Source: Eledone cirrhosa
Lineage: Eukaryota
Assembly: GCA_964016885.1 (NCBI GenBank)
Contig: OZ024749.1
Span: 16,926,001 to 16,990,000, forward strand
DNA length: 64,000 bases
Direction of reading: 5' to 3'
Each line of letters begins with the position of its first letter. Position 1 is the stretch's first letter. Made by a program: the position numbers and the translations under genes. The notes beneath the pieces were generated by a model. The model was not told the DNA's origin, did no database searches, and saw nothing but the letters and a program-made list of their open reading frames with translations. This document shows, in pieces, positions 57,982-64,000 of this stretch.

Positions 57982-60488
57982 CAACTTTTACAAACAACCG
58001 CAATGACAGAGGACGGAGACATCATTATGCTAGCAGGGGACTTCAATGGTCATGTTGGACAGCTCCAGGATCGTTACATTGGGGCACATAGTGGGCACGG
58101 TTACGGCTCAAGAAATGAAGGAGTGAGACTTCTTGAATTTTGTGATGCAAGTGCACTGACTTTTTGCAACACTAACTTCCAGAAACCTGCCAACCACCTA
58201 CAAATCAGGCGAGCACATAAGCCATATTGACTTCTTACTAGATAGGCAGCAGGAAAGGCAGATTGTGTCAAATATTATGGGGAAGAATGTACCCCACAGC
58301 ATAAGTTAGTTGTTAGTGATATCTCAGTAAGCAAGAGATGGAATGAGACATACAGGAAGGTGTGTAAAAGAAAGGCCTGGAAGCTAAAAGACCTTTCACT
58401 AAAATAAAAATTTAGGAAAGCCCTTCAAGATATGTATAACGAAAAAGAAGACGATTTAGAGACTTATGACATAGATAATAACTGGAATTTCTTACGTGAC
58501 AACTTACTGCAGGCTACTGATGAAACTTGTGGCTGGAGCAGAGCTCCAACCAGACAGAGAGTGACCTGGTGTTGGAACAGCACAGTACATAAGGCCATTT
58601 AGAGACAAAAGACTAGCATGGAAGGCTTTTGGAAAAAGTGTCGGAGTAGAAAAGGATATACAGCCGCTAAGAGAGAAGCTAGACGTCAGGTGTACTTAGC
58701 ACGCAGGGAGGCTGAGAGTAGGAGGTTTGCCAATGTTCTGCAATGGGAAGATCAGAGGCGTGCGGTGTTCCACATTGCAAGGCAGTGTGTCAATGCAAAT
58801 CAGGATGTTGTTGGAGATAAATGTGTCCAGAATGATGTCGGTGTACTTAGTGTCACGAATGATCAGAAAAAGGAGGCCTGGAAATGTCATTATGAGAGAC
58901 TGATGAATGTGGAGAACGAATGGAAGAGAGAGAAATTCCCCTCAGTAAATGAGGGACCAGCTATTGAGATTGACAAATATAGGGTCAAAGAGGTGATTAA
59001 GGAAATGAAAATGGTAAGGCTGCTGGACCATCGGGAATAGTTGCTGAGATGCTGAAGGCATCAAGGTATGTAGGCACTAAACTGGTTGCACGCATCATTA
59101 ATCAGGCTATATATGGTGGTGTCCTAACCAAAGACTGGTGCAGCAGTATTCACATAAATTGCTATAAAGGTAAAGGGGATTCTCTGGAGAGGAACAATTA
59201 TAGGGGTATAAAACTGATGGATCAGGTTATGAAAGTGGCAGATATTCGCACAACTAATTAGAGAAAGGGTCAAATTAGATAAGATGCAGTTTGGTTTTGT
59301 GCCTGGGAAAAGTACGACAGATGACCTCTTCTCAGTGAAACAATTACAAGACAGGTTCTTAGAGAAGAATAAGCCACTATATTTAGCCTTTGTTCACTTA
59401 GAGAAGGCCTTTGATAGGGTACCCCGATCTGTCATCTGGTGGTCCTAAGGAAACTAGGTGTTGAGGAATGGCTTGTGAGGACAGTGCAAACTTTGTACAG
59501 AGGTGCTGTCAGTAAAGTGAGGGTAGGAATAGAGTTTAGTGAGGAATTCCAGATACAAGTAGGAGTACATCAAGGTTCGGTCCTTAGCCTGCTCTTGTTC
59601 ATTATAGTCCTCCAAGCCATATCAGACGAGATTAAGACTGGCTGTCCATGGGAACTTCTCTATGCTGATGATCTGGTTCTTATAGCAGAATCCGTAGTTC
59701 GATATGCAGAAAAGAAACTGGCATAAATTCTATAAAATGTACACAATGCAGATCCTGGGTACACAAGAGATGTAGTCGGATAGCAGGCAAACTAAGAGGT
59801 AGGGAGAAATACGTATGCAGTAGATGTATAGGGAAATTAGACAGTAGAAGTCGCAGTGATAGACACATTTTTCAAATGCGGGCGGGTGCTGTAAAAGTGG
59901 TGGATAGCTTCCGGTATGTAGGAGTTCAGATTAGCATGGGAAGGGGGGTGTTCTGCGGCCATAGTATCTAGAATAAGGACGGGTTGAAAGAAGTTTAGGG
60001 AGCTGCTTCCTCTGCGGTCGAAGGGTTTTTCCCTGCGTATGAAAGGCCGGTTATATGATGCCCATGTGAGGAGCGCGATGCTGCATGGTAGTAAGACCTG
60101 GGCTGGAGAGAAATGAGGCAAGCATGCTCCGTTGGATGTGCAATGTCAATGTGTGTGAACAACCCAGCATGGATGTGTTGAGAGAGAAACTGGGTCTGAG
60201 AGGGATAGAATGTAGTGTGCGAGAGAGGAGACTGAGGTGGTATGGACATGTGATGCGCATGGAGGATGACTGATGGGTGAAAAAGTGCCGGGAAATGCCA
60301 GTTGAAGGAAGACATGGTAGAGGTAGACCACGAAAAACATGGGTGGAGGTGGTGAGAACAGACCTGAGATCGCCGAAGCTCATGGTGGAGATGACGAAGG
60401 ACTATGACAAGTGGAGAGATGCTGTGCTGAATAAGACCCGTCCCACCCTTGCAAGCAGGGAAATGTGGATGTAAAATGATGATGATGA
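57982..60488 (+). mobile_element. RTE (BovB-like) LINE, 5'-truncated and decayed
   Basis: AGDFNGHVG, YKGKGD...NYRGIKL, GVHQGSVLS, LLYADD, RLRWYGHVMR, RGRPRKTW; (tga)n tail. Confidence 0.9.
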
Positions 60489-60519
60489 TATACATACATA
60501 TATATATATACATACATAT

Positions 60520-60850
60520 ATCATCATCATCATCATTTTACGTCCGCTTTTCCCTGCTTGCAAGGGTGGGACGGGAACTGATTCTGGCTTGATTTCTACA
60601 GCTGGATGCCCTTCCTAACACCAACCTCATTTACAGTGAGTGCTGGGTGCTTTTTTGCCATGGCACCTCCACGGCCACTTTGTAGTGGAATGATAGGGAC
60701 CCCAGTCCTATCATCTCATTTCTACAGCTGAGTAAACTGGAGCAATGTGAAATAAAGTGTCTTGCTCAAGGAAACAACACATCACCCAGTCTGAGAATTG
60801 AACTCACCACCTTTCGATTGCAAGGCCAATGCTCTAACCACTAAGCCATG
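60520..60850 (-). mobile_element. SINE family A
   Basis: Reverse-complement match to 54900-55230. Confidence 0.85.
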
Positions 60851-60927
60851 TATACATACATATATATATACATACATATATACATATATATATAGATACA
60901 TATATATACATATATACATATATATAT

Positions 60928-60994
60928 AATGATGTCTGCCCCCTCGTTATCGAGTATGGCCATTGCACGAGAAAAAAAAAAAAAATAAAAAATA

Positions 60995-61026
<32 letters not shown>

Positions 61027-61856
61027 CACACACATACATACATATATATATACACATACACATACATATACATACACATATTAATAACAATAATAATAAC
61101 AATAATAACAACAATAATAACAATGACAATAATAATATACATATATATATATATATACACACACATGCGCACACATAAACACACACACACACATGATAGC
61201 AACTAACAGCGCTGCGATCGAATGTGGCTTTTTAGCCCAGCCAATGATCTAAAATGTCTTGCACAGAGTCGGCAACCAAAACATTCACTGGGAATAGCCG
61301 GCTGTGGTTGGAGTTCATGTACTTTTGTATGTCGCTTGAGCCCTCCTGCTGATTTGCATTCTCTATCACATGTTTGGCAAGCATGATGAGTAGCATCTCC
61401 AACAGCAGCCTGGTAGTCAACCACTGGTCTTACTTTATGACTGCGAAGATGACTTTCGAGTCCAGCTTTGCTTAGGCAGAGTCTCACACAGACGCTGCAT
61501 GTCAGCACCATAGGAGGACCCTCGCCGTCTGGAAGTGCAATGCCCTTCCTCACATCCCGCTTTACTTTCTCGTATGGAATTCGAGATGCCTCAAAGGCAA
61601 CTTTTCCCTCATATACAGTCTTTCTCCATTTATTACGATCAGCAGCAATATTTTCCCATGTATCAGCAGAGATGTTAGAATCTTTCAAAGAGGCTTTCAA
61701 GGAATCCTTATACCTCTTTCTTGGTTTATGTGGCGGTCGTTTTCCTTTAACTAACTCTCCATAAAAGAGTTGTTTTGGTATTCTAGAATCCTTCATCCTG
61801 GCAAGGTGACCACTCCAACGGAGTTGTTGCTTAAGCACAAGAGATTCTATACTGTC
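60928..61856 (-). mobile_element. RTE LINE 3' end with three C-terminal C2H2-type fingers
   Basis: QLRWSGHLARM...IPKQLFYGEL...RKRYKD, then CxxC-x12-H fingers; tail stem-loop ggccatactcgataacgag; microsatellites in the 3'UTR. Confidence 0.85.
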
Positions 61857-62204
61857 ACACATATGAATATAAAATAGTTAAGGTTTATAAAATAAACACA
61901 TTGATCTTTTTTTTTTATGATGTAGTTACAAGGGTGTCCCTGTGGACATTTGAAGCTTGGTGGAGCCCTTCACTCAACAGGTTGGAACAGACGATTTCTT
62001 CTAGAGAAGGAGAGAGAATGAGAGAGAGGAAGTGAGAAAGAAATATAGAGAGGAAGAACAGAGCCCTGTGGTAGACAGCTACTTTTTTGTTATCAACCTT
62101 GAATGGACGAAAGGCAAAGTTGACCTCAGCAGGATTTAAACTCAGAGCAGAGAACCAGAACAAATATGGCAGAAAGCGTTCTATCTATTGTTTTGTAGAC
62201 TTTA

Positions 62205-62428
62205 AATAACTGTTTCTACATTTAACTCAAGGCCAGCTATTGGAACGGAAGGAGAAAGTTGATTAAATCAACCCCAGTGGATTACTGGTACTTTATTTTA
62301 CTGAACCTGTGAGGAAGAAAAGTAAAGCTAACCTCAACAAGATTTTAATACAGAATGTAAAGGGATGTAACTATATGACACAAAGCATATCGTCTGACAC
62401 TCTACTGATTCTGCAAATCCACCACCCT
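62205..62428 (-). mobile_element. SINE family B, diverged (further fragment at 62072-62170)
   Basis: ctggtactttatttt...aaagtaaagctaacctc similarity. Confidence 0.7.
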
Positions 62429-62880
62429 CAACAATGCAATGAGATTGTGTCTCTGTAAGAGCCCTTAATGACAAATAATATGAAGAGGTACTTTCTACAA
62501 AGTGTATTTGTTAATTACAATACAAAAGCTCTGAGAATGATTTCCAACATATTTCACCATAATAAATGTTCATCAATATTATTATTATGTTCTGCTAGCA
62601 TGTGTAGTGTGCATATTGATATTATACTCAGGTATATATACATGTAGATATGATGCATCAAATAAAATTGTAATTGACAATATATAATACATAGAAATTG
62701 AACGAAGACTGTGTTACACTGTCTTATTTAATCAGTAACGTAATCCATGATAGATTAAAAAAAGAAGATATTATATATAAACTGCATTAGGAGAAAATTA
62801 GTGACGGAAATATATGAATGTTTATTTAAGCGATGGCTAACCGGAAGTTTTGACATTTGAGAAATTTTAAAGAAGCGAAA

Positions 62881-63039
62881 CTTTAAATAAACAAAATATA
62901 TTTAATCAACGGCCACAAAATTTAGTAGATAAATTATGTAATATTCATTCATTATTTATTCAAAGTAATGAATGAATATTACATAATTTATCTACTAAAT
63001 TTCCTGGCGGTTGATTAAATATATTTTGTTTATTTAAAG
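62881..63039. repeat. Inverted repeat, ~74-bp arms
   Basis: ctttaaataaacaaaatata...attcattcatta / taatgaatgaat...tatattttgtttatttaaag. Confidence 0.85.
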
Positions 63040-63054
63040 ATTCACGTCACCAAA

Positions 63055-63250
63055 AGGGTTGGTGGATTGGCAGTATTCATAGAGGGTCAGACTCCATGCT
63101 TTCCAGCATAGAGTTATGGCCCTTGCTATTCTGAGTTCAAATCCTGCCAAGGTTAACTTTGCCTTTTTTCCTTACGGGGTCGATAAAATAGAGTACCAGT
63201 AATGCACTGGGTAATTGCTGGCCTTGTACCAAAAGTAGAAACAATTATTT
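63055..63250 (+). mobile_element. SINE family B
   Basis: gagttcaaatcc...ggggtcgataaaatagagtaccag...gtagaaacaatt. Confidence 0.82.
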
Positions 63251-64000
63251 ATTCAAAGTAATGTAACTTATTTTACTAATGGGATAACAAATTATAAACC
63301 GTATGCAGTCCCGCGCTCCTTACTTTATTATAGTTTAGATTTATTAGGTCAGGTGGATTGGCCAGAACAATTCTACTCTTCTTTTTTAGATGTCACAATC
63401 TTCCATGGCATTCCTGAGATCATTAATCTCCAGCTGGACATCCTGAGACATCTGATCTATGTAGGTCAATCTCAGTCATCCCACTAGGGTCTTACAATGT
63501 TTAGGTGTCCACAACAATAGCCAGCTCATCCTACCCTCAGTAGCAATGTCCAGCATATCTTGTCCTCCGCTCCCTAGTTATTGTGGTAATCTTTGATATA
63601 TGTCAGTATATTTTTTCCCTTTGAGTAATGTATTAAAAAATAAAAATAATAATATATATATATATACCGGAATTGTGATAACTACCAATCACCCAGACAG
63701 CTCTCGGTGCTGTTTCGCAATATTAATTGTAAATAGAAATACCAATTCTAGCTCATCAGTGGGTGAAGAATTAGTATCCTAGACACTTCTTTCAGTTTCT
63801 TAATATACTTAGAAGCGGCATCAGGGGTGAGTGGCTGGCTGCTACCAGCCTAGGTGCTAGGCACAACTGTGTGGGTGGAAGGGAAAATGCTGATAAGAGG
63901 GCTTCATAGCTCACCTACACCAGATCTGAAGGCGTCAGAAGACGAGAGAGATACGAAGGGGGTGCATGGAGGGGACACACACAAGAAGGTAGAATGTTAG

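Noticed and set aside
62815-62895. Hammerhead remnant upstream of the 62.9-kb palindrome
   Set aside because: Stem I-like pairing and GAAA are present but no CUGANGA core.

Overview
Eukaryotic, AT-rich, repeat-dominated window. It is most likely cephalopod (octopus-like), inferred from the SINE families, RTE LINEs with C-terminal C2H2 fingers, the tandem C2H2-ZNF gene and the (TA)n/(CA)n load. Nearly all ORFs in the supplied track are microsatellite translation artefacts. Real coding content is two intact Penelope-like retroelements of the Naiad type (RT + C-terminal GIY-YIG), one nested in the inverted pseudo-LTR (pLTR) of the other (2.5-21.7 kb). There are also broken RTE/RTEX and Tx1/L1-clade LINEs, decayed LTR-element remnants, a non-autonomous Helitron, two SINE families and a frameshifted ~15-finger C2H2 zinc-finger gene. 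The main hidden signal is about 25 hammerhead-ribozyme (HHR) motifs from more than a dozen unrelated sequence families, folded by eye on both strands. They lie in PLE pLTRs, in ORF-less tandem retrozyme-like repeats (468, 615 and 1285 bp units, plus a doubtful 622 bp unit) and in fold-back palindromes, nearly all inserted in (TA)n tracts. Many of these families share a covarying CTC...GAG stem-loop 3' of the ribozyme. The window therefore appears to hold a microsatellite-dwelling community of autonomous Naiad PLEs and non-autonomous ribozyme RNAs. All structures are manual predictions; none was computed or tested.
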